A program made the translations under genes and the position numbers. Positions 46,003-53,597 of a DNA stretch of 64,000 bases are shown here, piece after piece. Origin of the DNA: Dehalococcoidia bacterium (GTDB taxonomy: Bacteria; Chloroflexota; Dehalococcoidia; GIF9; AB-539-J10); contig JAUWQY010000004.1 of the NCBI GenBank assembly GCA_030610855.1, positions 9,382 to 73,381 on the forward strand, read 5' to 3'. How positions within the stretch are numbered: position 1 is the stretch's first letter; every line of letters begins with the position of its first letter. The notes under the pieces were generated by a model, which worked only from the letters and a program-made list of their open reading frames with translations, had not been told where the DNA came from and made no database searches.

Positions 46003-47304
46003 ATGAAGAAGAGATTGATATCAATACCAGTCATATTGGCGGCGGTGTCGCTGGTAATCGTATTGTTGTTGGCGCTGCTGCCAGGCTCTGTTCAACCGGC
46101 AGTAGCTGATACGCTTAAGTCGGACAAGCCGCGTATAACTTTGCCGGTTATCAGCGCGGCTGATGAGACGTTGCTGGTTGAAGGAAACCGCGCCTTCGCC
46201 TTCGAGCTTTACCGGGCGCTAAGGGAAAGCGATGGGAACTTCTTCTACTCTCCTTACAGCATCTCGGTAGCGCTGGCCATGACATACGCCGGCGCCCGTA
46301 GCGAGACGGCACAGCAGATGGCCGATACCCTCCATTTCCTTCTTGGGCAGGAGAAACTGCACCCGGCATTCAACTGGCTGGACGCAGAACTCGCCAAAAG
46401 GGGCCAAGGTGCCGAAGGGAAGGATGACGAAGGATTCAGACTTAACGTCGTCAACGCCATCTGGGGACAGAAGGATTACAAGTTCCTTTCAACCTTCCTC
46501 GACATCCTGGCCGAGAACTACGGTGCCGGGTTGAGAATACTTGACTTCATAACGGAGGCGGAAGCGTCGCGCCTTGCTATCAACCAGTGGGTCAGCAACC
46601 AGACCGAGAGCCGCATCAACGACCTTATCCCGCAGGGCGCGATCGATAAACTGACCCGCCTTGTGCTGACCAATGCCATCTACTTCAATGCCGCCTGGGA
46701 GCACCCCTTTGATGAACGCATGACGGCGGACGGCCCGTTCTACCTGCTTGACGGCGGACAGGTCACCGTGCCCATGATGAAGCAGACCGAATCGTTGGGC
46801 TATTTCCAGGGGCAAGGATTTCAAGCAGTGGAGCTAGGCTACGATGGCGGTGAACTCTCGATGGTTATCCTGTTGCCCGAACCGGGCCAGTTCGAGGCTT
46901 TTGAAGAAGAGCTGAACGCCCAGCGGGTGGAGGCCACCATAGGTGGTCTACAACCTATCCCGCTGGCCCTGACGATGCCCAGGTTTGAGTTTGATTCAGA
47001 ATTCAGCCTGAAGGACACCCTCGCAGAGATGGGCATGCCGATCGCTTTCTCCGGTGCTGCCGATTTCTCGGGAATGACGGGCTCACCGGACCTCTGCATA
47101 AGTGAGGTGCTGCACAAGGCTTTTGTCTCGGTAGACGAGGCAGGCACAGAGGCGGCAGCGGCCACGGCAGTGGTCATGAAACTCACCGGAATGCCCATTC
47201 AGCCAGTCGAATTCACCGTAGACCGCCCCTTCGTCTTCCTCATTCGCGACATTGAGACGGGCGCCATTCTCTTCGTCGGTCGCGTCCTGAATCCCGCTCC
47301 ATAG
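46003..47304 (+). CDS. serpin (serine protease inhibitor) with N-terminal membrane anchor/signal
   Basis: FSPYSISVALAM, the hinge and reactive-centre loop (EAGTEAAAATAVVMKLTGMP) and FTVDRPFVFLIRD are present. Confidence 0.88.
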   Translation: MKKRLISIPVILAAVSLVIVLLLALLPGSVQPAVADTLKSDKPRITLPVISAADETLLVEGNRAFAFELYRALRESDGNFFYSPYSISVALAMTYAGARSETAQQMADTLHFLLGQEKLHPAFNWLDAELAKRGQGAEGKDDEGFRLNVVNAIWGQKDYKFLSTFLDILAENYGAGLRILDFITEAEASRLAINQWVSNQTESRINDLIPQGAIDKLTRLVLTNAIYFNAAWEHPFDERMTADGPFYLLDGGQVTVPMMKQTESLGYFQGQGFQAVELGYDGGELSMVILLPEPGQFEAFEEELNAQRVEATIGGLQPIPLALTMPRFEFDSEFSLKDTLAEMGMPIAFSGAADFSGMTGSPDLCISEVLHKAFVSVDEAGTEAAAATAVVMKLTGMPIQPVEFTVDRPFVFLIRDIETGAILFVGRVLNPAP

Positions 47305-47352
47305 GCACAGAGCAGGTCGACTGCGCTTTTGCCAGGAATCCCCCTCACCCAA

Positions 47353-47377
47353 ACCCTCTCCCGCGAGTGGAGAGGGT
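47353..47377. repeat. class-B hairpin repeat (ACCCTCTCC-7 nt-GGAGAGGGT)
   Basis: The stem is a perfect 9 bp and is preceded by CCCCTCACCC. Confidence 0.65.
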
Positions 47378-47420
47378 CCTAGACCTTGGGTGAACCATTA
47401 CATCGCCCTCACTTCAATCC

Positions 47421-47436
47421 TCCCTCGCCGGAGGGA
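47421..47436. repeat. class-B-like hairpin (TCCCTC-gccg-GAGGGA)
   Basis: The stem is 6 bp and is preceded by GCCCTCAC. Confidence 0.5.
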
Positions 47437-47498
47437 AGCCGAGGAGAAAGGACAAAACAGAGTCGACCTCATTTAGTGAAGCCACGAGACAGTCCTTA

Positions 47499-47527
47499 TT
47501 GACATTTCGACCGTTGTATGTCATGAT
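47499..47527 (+). promoter_or_regulatory. candidate promoter of the MarR gene (TTGACA-N17-TGtCATGAT)
   Basis: TTGACA lies at 47499-47504 and CATGAT at 47522-47527, preceded by TGT. Confidence 0.4.
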
Positions 47528-47580
47528 AGAAGCAAGACGAAAGATCCAAGTCGCAGCAGAATAGTCAGGAGGAAAGCCCT

Positions 47581-48123
47581 ATGCCGAAAGAGTTGAAAGA
47601 TGAAGGTCAGAGCCTCAAAGCGTTTATGTTGCTGCATCGGACCCGCGACCTGCTTTTCAGATGTCAGGATCGAGCAGTTGCAGAGTTCGGGCTTACTGCG
47701 GAGCAATACTCAGTGCTTTTAGCTATAGAATACCTCGATGATCCTGTAAGGGCAACTGACATAGGCCGCTGGATGGAACGTAAGGTGAACAGCATAAGTA
47801 TGATAGTCGACCGCATGGTCAAGGCCGGTCTAGTGGAAAGGATAAGAGACTTGCCGGACCGCAGGGCAGTACGTGTCGTTTTCACCAGCAAGGGGAAGCG
47901 GGCTTTTGAGCTGGCGACTCCGGAAGTCTGGAAACTTATCGACGAAATGTTTTCGCCACTGCCCCATGAGGAGAAGCGTACTCTCATCAGACTGCTCGAG
48001 ACGCTAAGAGAGAGAGCACTCAAGCATCTGAACCCGGGAACGGATGTTCGGGCAATAGCGACTTATGGGACTGACGACGCGTCCCGTCTCCTGAAACGGA
48101 TGCGGAGGTACACTCCTCAGTAA
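47581..48123 (+). CDS. MarR family transcriptional regulator
   Basis: A winged HTH is present (LTAEQYSVLLAI...ATDIGRWMERKVNSISMIVDRMVKAGLVER...DRR). Confidence 0.85.
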   Translation: MPKELKDEGQSLKAFMLLHRTRDLLFRCQDRAVAEFGLTAEQYSVLLAIEYLDDPVRATDIGRWMERKVNSISMIVDRMVKAGLVERIRDLPDRRAVRVVFTSKGKRAFELATPEVWKLIDEMFSPLPHEEKRTLIRLLETLRERALKHLNPGTDVRAIATYGTDDASRLLKRMRRYTPQ

Positions 48124-48161
48124 GAAGGGGGCAACTCTGTTTCTTGTATAACCGTGCATCG

Positions 48162-48740
48162 TCAATCTGGTATTGGAAGGCCGGCTTCGGAACTACCCAT
48201 TACCTCTTGCAGCGCCGAGCGGTAGCTTTCATACGTCCTGTCATCGAATAGCACGAACACCACTTCCTTAAGCGAAGTAGACTGCTCCTCGAGAAAAGAG
48301 ACCACGGCGCTTACAGCTATCTTTGCCGCTTCATCCAAGGGGTAGCCATAGGCACCGGTGCTTATGGAAGGGAAAGAGATGCTGCCCAGTTTGTTACCGG
48401 TAGCTAATCGCAGGCACTCATAATAGGCGCTCTTCAGAAGCTCGGGTTCGTTTCTGCTGCCGCCATGCCAGACGGGGCCGACAGTATGTATCACATAGCC
48501 TGCATTGAGATTTCCTCCGCCGCTGATTACCGCTTTGCCCGTGGGCAACCGCCCCTTTTGGGCAACGATTTTCCTGCACTCCTCCAGTATTGCCGGTCCC
48601 CCGGCCCGGTGTATCGCCCCATCTACCCCTCCCCCTCCCATCAAACCGGGGTTGGCAGCGTTAACAATGGCCTCGGTAGCCTGGTCGGTGATATCCCCGC
48701 GGACGATAGACACTTTCGTTTCGTTGATCGTTACCTCCAT
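48162..48740 (-). CDS. macro domain protein (O-acetyl-ADP-ribose deacetylase / ADP-ribose hydrolase-like)
   Basis: IVNAANPGLMGGGGVDGAIH, GYVIHTVGPVW and SISFPSISTGAYGYP are present. Confidence 0.88.
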   Translation of the reverse strand: MEVTINETKVSIVRGDITDQATEAIVNAANPGLMGGGGVDGAIHRAGGPAILEECRKIVAQKGRLPTGKAVISGGGNLNAGYVIHTVGPVWHGGSRNEPELLKSAYYECLRLATGNKLGSISFPSISTGAYGYPLDEAAKIAVSAVVSFLEEQSTSLKEVVFVLFDDRTYESYRSALQEVMGSSEAGLPIPD

Positions 48741-49006
48741 CTTTCCTCCCGGCCTCAGTGAGGCTGCTTGCTTTCGGTTTCCCGTTCAGTCTTGGGGATT
48801 CTGAAAGCCTTTCACCCCAGATTTCTGTAGTTGCCCCTGATTTATCAGGCTTCAGATGCGTCAACACCGTCCTGATCTTGATAAGAAAAGGTAACACAGC
48901 GGATCCGCTGAGGCAAACCACGGCGGCCATCGGACCGTGGAGGTAGAGCCGTAGGCGAGGCAAGAGGTTTGACGCAGATGCTCAGTGTAAGGTAAATTTA
49001 CCCGTG

Positions 49007-50095
49007 ATGAAAGCTGTTATTCTGGCGGGCGGGGAAGCGACCAGGCTACGTCCCCTTACCTGTAACACCCCGAAGATAATGGTTCCCGTCTTGAATCGCC
49101 CTTTCCTCGAACACCTCGTGGCCTATCTCAAAACACACGATATTGTTGACATAGTTCTCGCGGTAGGAAAGCTACCCGAGCAGGTCGCGAGCTATTTTGG
49201 CGATGGCAGCAAGTTCGGCGTCAGGATAGCTTACTCGACGGAGGATTTCCCCATGGGAACGGCAGGAGCGGTGAAAAATGCGGAAAAACTCGTGGACGAT
49301 CCCTTCTTCGTCTTCAACGGAGACATTTTCACCGATATCGATTTGAGCGCCATGATGCGACTGCATCGCCAACGCAAGGCTATAGCCAGCCTGGCTCTGA
49401 CGCCTGTGGATGATCCCACCACTTATGGAGTGGTGGAGACGGATAGCGAGGGCAGAGTTAAACGTTTTACGGAGAAGCCAAGCCCGGACAAGGTGACTAC
49501 CAACATGATTAATGCCGGTATCTACATCCTGGAACCCGATATTCTGACTCATATCACTCCCAACACATTCTCCATGTTTGAGCGTGATGTTTTCCCTCCG
49601 CTTCTGGACAGCGGGCATGCCATATATAGCTATCCTTCCAGCGATTACTGGATTGATATGGGTACCCCTGATAAGTATCTGAGATTACAGCACGATTTGC
49701 TCCGCCGCCATCCGGGCCCTGAAGGCGCCGAATTTGAAGGCGAGAGCTTTGCCCACTCTTCGGCGCGAATTGAGGGGCCGGTCTTAATCGGCGAAGCCTG
49801 CTCCATCGACAGGAATTCCATGATAAGGGGACCGGCCATCCTGGGGGCGGGGTGTCGTGTAGGGGAAGATGCTGTGATAGAAGGGGCAATATTGTGGCTT
49901 GACTGCGAAATCGGGAGGGGCGCCAGGCTGAGGAACTGCCTGGTTGCCTCCCGCTGTCATATCGGTGAGGAAAGCGAAGTTCTGGATGGCTGCGTCCTGG
50001 GAGACGATGTACTGATCGGGAAAGCAAACAAACTGTCTAACGGAATCAAGATCTGGCCCGGCAAATCCATCGAGCCTGGTGCGATTTCGTTCTGA
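49007..50095 (+). CDS. sugar-1-phosphate nucleotidyltransferase (mannose-1-P guanylyl-/glucose-1-P nucleotidyl-transferase-like) with left-handed beta-helix C-terminus
   Basis: MKAVILAGGEATRLRPLT is at the N-terminus and hexapeptide-like repeats are at the C-terminus. Confidence 0.85.
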   Translation: MKAVILAGGEATRLRPLTCNTPKIMVPVLNRPFLEHLVAYLKTHDIVDIVLAVGKLPEQVASYFGDGSKFGVRIAYSTEDFPMGTAGAVKNAEKLVDDPFFVFNGDIFTDIDLSAMMRLHRQRKAIASLALTPVDDPTTYGVVETDSEGRVKRFTEKPSPDKVTTNMINAGIYILEPDILTHITPNTFSMFERDVFPPLLDSGHAIYSYPSSDYWIDMGTPDKYLRLQHDLLRRHPGPEGAEFEGESFAHSSARIEGPVLIGEACSIDRNSMIRGPAILGAGCRVGEDAVIEGAILWLDCEIGRGARLRNCLVASRCHIGEESEVLDGCVLGDDVLIGKANKLSNGIKIWPGKSIEPGAISF

Positions 50096-50288
50096 GTAGA
50101 GGGAGCCAACCCTGTTCTTCTATCCACCTCCGGGGCATTCTCCCTCAAGAGGAGCACGAGAAAACATGGTTTCTTCCTGGCTTTTCAGGTCGGTCGGCAA
50201 GCCCCACTCAGCCCTGGCAACAGATTTGTTCACCTGTCCCTGATGCGGATGAGATCGTGTGAAGATCTCGAAAAGTCAGAAAAAACCG

Positions 50289-50318
50289 TTGACAATTCCT
50301 TTGGACAGGTGGTACAAT
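50289..50318 (+). promoter_or_regulatory. near-consensus sigma70-type promoter (TTGACA-N18-TGgTACAAT) with upstream A-tract
   Basis: TTGACA lies at 50289-50294. The extended -10 element TGGTACAAT lies at 50310-50318. An A-rich tract (gaaaagtcagaaaaaacc) lies immediately upstream. Confidence 0.7.
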
Positions 50319-50324
50319 AGTAAC

Positions 50325-50447
50325 ATAGGATTGGCAGCCATAGGATTGACATGGGGTTGGTGGTCAAGTGTGTGCGTCAGAGGGTTGTGATAGTTCCCAC
50401 GAGGCTCAGCCGAGCACATATAGATATGCGATCTCGGCTCTTTTTTT
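50325..50447 (+). ncRNA. candidate small RNA (~120 nt), family unknown
   Basis: The unit is bounded by the promoter above and an intrinsic terminator. It starts with two exact CATAGGATTG copies. It contains no credible ORF. Confidence 0.5.
50407..50447 (+). terminator. intrinsic terminator
   Basis: A two-tier stem (aGCCGAG..CATAT-ag-ATATG..CTCGGCt) is followed by TTTTTTT at 50440-50446. Confidence 0.7.
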
Positions 50448-50492
50448 CTGTCACAGTGAAATCAACGCTCCCTTTCGCAACCCACGGCTGTT

Positions 50493-50652
50493 AGAAATGT
50501 AGTTTGCCCAGTTTATTGGGCTCGGCCCTCTGTCATTGCGAGGCAGCCGAAGGCAGCCAAAGTAATCTCGTGGAGGGGTATGAGATTGCCGCGCCCCGAC
50601 AAGTCGGGGCTCGCATGACAGTGGGAAACAGCTTGATGAATCAAGCAACTAC
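50493..50652. repeat. ~160-nt repeat module, copy 1 (class-A core 50532-50619 plus shared flanks)
   Basis: It aligns by eye with 62593-62754. The alignment includes a 48-nt identical run (AATCTCGTGGAGGGGTATGAGATTGCCGCGCCCCGACAAGTCGGGGCT) and a 19-nt identical run (TGATGAATCAAGCAACTAC). Confidence 0.85.
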
Positions 50653-50671
50653 GAAAATTCGGAGGTGAAAT

Positions 50672-52252
50672 ATGAAGCTGACACTGAGTTCGAGGAGACA
50701 CCATTACCTGGCAAGACTTAGCATCTTTTTGATTACGGTAGCCTTAATTGCAGGGATGGTGGGCTGTGAACCGAGTTGTAGTTGTACTCCTCCTCTTCAG
50801 TACGATCTCACCATCTACAGCACAACTGGAGGATCGGTGACCACACCTGGCGAGGGGGGTTTTACCTACGATGCTGGCACGGCGGTTGACCTGGTGGCCG
50901 AGGCGGATGAGTGTCACGAGTTCGTCAACTGGACCGGCGACACTGTCGCCGACCCCGACTCTGCCACAACCACCATCACCATGGATGAAGCTAAGACTGT
51001 GACCGCCAACTTTGCCCTGCTGAGCTACGACCTTACAGTAGACAGCACAGATGATGGCGAGGTAACCACTCCTGGTGAGGGCACTTTTACCTATGACTGC
51101 GGCACGGTGGTTGACCTGGTGGCTGAAGCTGAGATGGGCTACAGCTTTGTCGAATGGTCTGGCGACGTAGGTACCATTGCTGACATCGATGCAGCCGAGA
51201 CCACCATCACGATGAGCGGCAACTATTCTATCACCGCTAACTTCGGCCCGTTCGCCGGAGGGAGTGGAACAGCCGAGGATCCCTATCAGCTTGCGGATTG
51301 GTACCACCTTGATAATCTCCGTAATTTCCTAAGCAGCTACTTCATCCTCACAGACGACCTCGATTTTGGCTCTATCGGCTATACGGAGCTGGCGAGTGAG
51401 ACAGGCAACGAGGGAGAAGGCTGGGAGCCAATTGGAAATTTGACTGACCCATTTGCGGGTAGTTTCAACGGCCAGGGGTACGAGATAAGTGACCTGTTTA
51501 TCGACCGCCCTGACGAAGATAATGTTGGGCTTTTCGGTATTCTCGATGTAGCAGGGGTCATCGAGAATGCCGGCGTGATAAACGGCAATGTGACTGGTTA
51601 CAATAATGCTGGTGGTCTGGTGGGAAGGAATGACGGCACCATATTGAACAACACCTATTACACGGGCAATGTGACTGGCAACGGCAATGTTGGCGGTCTG
51701 GTGGGATACAATTTCTTTGGCACTGCCAACGACGCCTATTCCAGCGGCATCGTGACTGGCCAAGACAATGTTGGCGGTCTGTTCGGATGGGACAGGGGCA
51801 CTACGAGCGACTCCTATTCCACCAGCAGCGTGACTGGCCAAAACAATGTTGGCGGTCTGGTGGGAAAGAATAGCGGCACTGCGAGCAACTCCTATTCCAC
51901 CGGCAGTGTGACTGGTGATGATAATGTTGGCGGTCTGGTGGGAAGGAATGACGGCACTGTAAGTAACTCCTATTCCACCGGCGGTGTGACCGGCACTAGT
52001 AATGTTGGCGGTCTGCTGGGACGGAATACCGCCACTGTGAGCAACTCCTTCTGGGACACCGAGACCAGTGGACAAGCTACTTCAGATGGAGGGACGGGCA
52101 AGACTACGGCGGAAATGCAGGATATCGCTACCTTCTCAGGAGCAGGCTGGAACATAATCGCAGTCGCCAATCCTAGCACGCGCAACCTTTCCTACATCTG
52201 GAATATCGTTGACGACGAGACCTATCCTTTCCTGAGCTGGCAGCCTGTTTAA
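50672..52252 (+). CDS. membrane-anchored surface protein: two InlB-B-repeat-like domains plus six GLUG-motif repeats
   Basis: There is an N-terminal TM helix (LSIFLITVALIAGMVG). Two ~85-aa modules are present (YDLTIYSTTGGSVTTPGEG... and YDLTVDSTDDGEVTTPGEG...). NVGGLVG (GLUG) units then repeat every 26-27 aa. Confidence 0.8.
   Translation: MKLTLSSRRHHYLARLSIFLITVALIAGMVGCEPSCSCTPPLQYDLTIYSTTGGSVTTPGEGGFTYDAGTAVDLVAEADECHEFVNWTGDTVADPDSATTTITMDEAKTVTANFALLSYDLTVDSTDDGEVTTPGEGTFTYDCGTVVDLVAEAEMGYSFVEWSGDVGTIADIDAAETTITMSGNYSITANFGPFAGGSGTAEDPYQLADWYHLDNLRNFLSSYFILTDDLDFGSIGYTELASETGNEGEGWEPIGNLTDPFAGSFNGQGYEISDLFIDRPDEDNVGLFGILDVAGVIENAGVINGNVTGYNNAGGLVGRNDGTILNNTYYTGNVTGNGNVGGLVGYNFFGTANDAYSSGIVTGQDNVGGLFGWDRGTTSDSYSTSSVTGQNNVGGLVGKNSGTASNSYSTGSVTGDDNVGGLVGRNDGTVSNSYSTGGVTGTSNVGGLLGRNTATVSNSFWDTETSGQATSDGGTGKTTAEMQDIATFSGAGWNIIAVANPSTRNLSYIWNIVDDETYPFLSWQPV
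51572..52056 (+). repeat. in-frame tandem coding repeats (six GLUG units of 26-27 aa)
   Basis: NVTG..N.GGLVG.N.GT..NSYSTG recurs about every 78-81 nt within the CDS at 50672-52252. Confidence 0.8.
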
Positions 52253-52270
52253 CGCAACTAGCACTCATAC

Positions 52271-52304
52271 GTAGGGTCGGGGACAGGCCCCGCCCCTACT
52301 TCTT
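52271..52304 (+). terminator. hairpin plus T-rich tail after the GLUG surface-protein gene
   Basis: GTAGGGTCGGGG-acagg-CCCCGCCCCTAC (one mismatch) is followed by TTCTT. Confidence 0.5.
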
Positions 52305-52436
52305 AGCTCTGAGCGGCGAAGGATTCTTCGCGGATCTTGTCCTGCGTTGCAGGACCATTCCCGTTCGCTTCGTTCAGGATCAGGATACCAAGAAGAATGG
52401 GGCAGATTCTCCGACCTTGCGAAGAGTGGCAAGCCC

Positions 52437-53531
52437 CTAGATATTGAATAGAAAGGTAACTATGTCTCCGTCCTGAATGATGTAGTTCCTGCCTTCCGTC
52501 CTCAGCAGACCTTTTCTACGGGCTTCCGCCACGCTTCCGCAGCTTTCCAGGTCGCTATAGCCGACGACTTCAGCCCGGATAAACCCCCTCTCCATATCGG
52601 AGTGGACCTTTCCTGCCGCTCTTGGTGCGGGGGTGCCGCCAGGGATCGTCCAGGCCCTCAGCTCAGCAGAAACCGTGGTAAAGAAAGAGACCAATCCCAG
52701 CAGACTATAGGAAAGGTCGATAACCCGGTCAAGCGCGGCCGCGCTCAGTCCCATGGCTGCACGGAATTCCCTGGCCTCGGCGTCACCGAGTTGCGCTAGC
52801 TCCATCTCCAGTTTGCCGCAGAAAGCTGCCACGGCAAACTCAGGGTAGAGGGTATTCAACTCACGTTCCAGTTGCGAAGCCTCTGATATCTGCTCCTCTC
52901 CCATATTAAGGACTACCAGCATGGGCTTGGCGGTAAGGAACTGATAATCGGACAGCATTTTGCGTTCTTCTGCGGCCAGGCCCTGTTGTCTTATCGGTAT
53001 TTCTTTCTCCAACTCCGTCTTAACCTTCTGCAGCAGAAGCTGCTCCTTTGAATACGATTCTCGCTCGGTCGCCTTAGCTCCCTTCAGACTCGTCTCCAAC
53101 TTGTCGAGTCTTCTCTCGATAATAGCCAGATCGGAAACGGCGAGCTCCAAATCCAGTGAAGCTATGTCTCGTTTCGGGTCAATAGTGCCTTCAGGATGGG
53201 GAACCTTCTCATCTGTGAAAGCCCGCACTACCTGAAGCAAGGCATCGGCAGTGGTCAGATAGCTCAGGAATTCTCCGCCGAGGCCTTCCCGGCCAAAGGT
53301 TTTAAGCGAGCCAGCGATGTCTGTGTAACTCACCTCTGCGGGGACGGTCTTCTTGGGTCGGAATATGCCTTCCAGTACAGGCAGTCGGAAATCGGGCACC
53401 TTGGCCACGCCCGCATTGGGAGCCAGCGTCGGGGAATATGCGGCAACTTCAGCCCTGCCTCTGGTCAGGGCATTGAAGATGGTCGTCTTGCCGCTCCCGG
53501 GCATCCCGATAATGGCGATCTTCATGACCAT
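52437..53531 (-). CDS. ychF: redox-regulated/ribosome-binding ATPase YchF
   Basis: KIAIIGMPGSGKTTIFNALT, a coiled-coil insert and a C-terminal domain (FIRAEVVGY...GRNYIIQDGDIV) are present. Confidence 0.9.
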   Translation of the reverse strand: MVMKIAIIGMPGSGKTTIFNALTRGRAEVAAYSPTLAPNAGVAKVPDFRLPVLEGIFRPKKTVPAEVSYTDIAGSLKTFGREGLGGEFLSYLTTADALLQVVRAFTDEKVPHPEGTIDPKRDIASLDLELAVSDLAIIERRLDKLETSLKGAKATERESYSKEQLLLQKVKTELEKEIPIRQQGLAAEERKMLSDYQFLTAKPMLVVLNMGEEQISEASQLERELNTLYPEFAVAAFCGKLEMELAQLGDAEAREFRAAMGLSAAALDRVIDLSYSLLGLVSFFTTVSAELRAWTIPGGTPAPRAAGKVHSDMERGFIRAEVVGYSDLESCGSVAEARRKGLLRTEGRNYIIQDGDIVTFLFNI

Positions 53532-53597
53532 ATCCTACCATATTTCGCGCTCAGGTCCTGCCGATGAAAACCGGCCCTGTGATACAATGCGAGGCAA

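Noticed and set aside
50325-50447. Identity of the small-RNA candidate as SRP (4.5S), 6S, tmRNA or RNase P RNA
   Set aside because: The length and sequence do not fit. The SRP helix-8 core (GGAA tetraloop with AGCA/GGAAGCAGCC context) is absent, and the other RNAs are much longer.
50351-50494. 47-codon ORF inside the small-RNA candidate
   Set aside because: It has a weak SD. It reads straight through the intrinsic terminator and T-tract into the repeat module. The peptide has no recognisable features.
50451-50704. 65- and 63-aa minus-strand ORFs. The same applies to 62470-62848 (77, 72 and 85 aa) and 33325-33698 (63 and 78 aa)
   Set aside because: These are translations of the palindromic class-A/class-B repeats. 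The same peptide strings (for example LIPLHEI, PDLSGRGN) recur wherever the repeat occurs. They have no SDs.
51329-52075. 248-aa minus-strand ORF and apparent repeat array that could be mistaken for a CRISPR-like structure
   Set aside because: The periodicity is the 78-81-nt GLUG coding repeat of the plus-strand surface protein. The units are diverged, contiguous and in frame, with no spacers.
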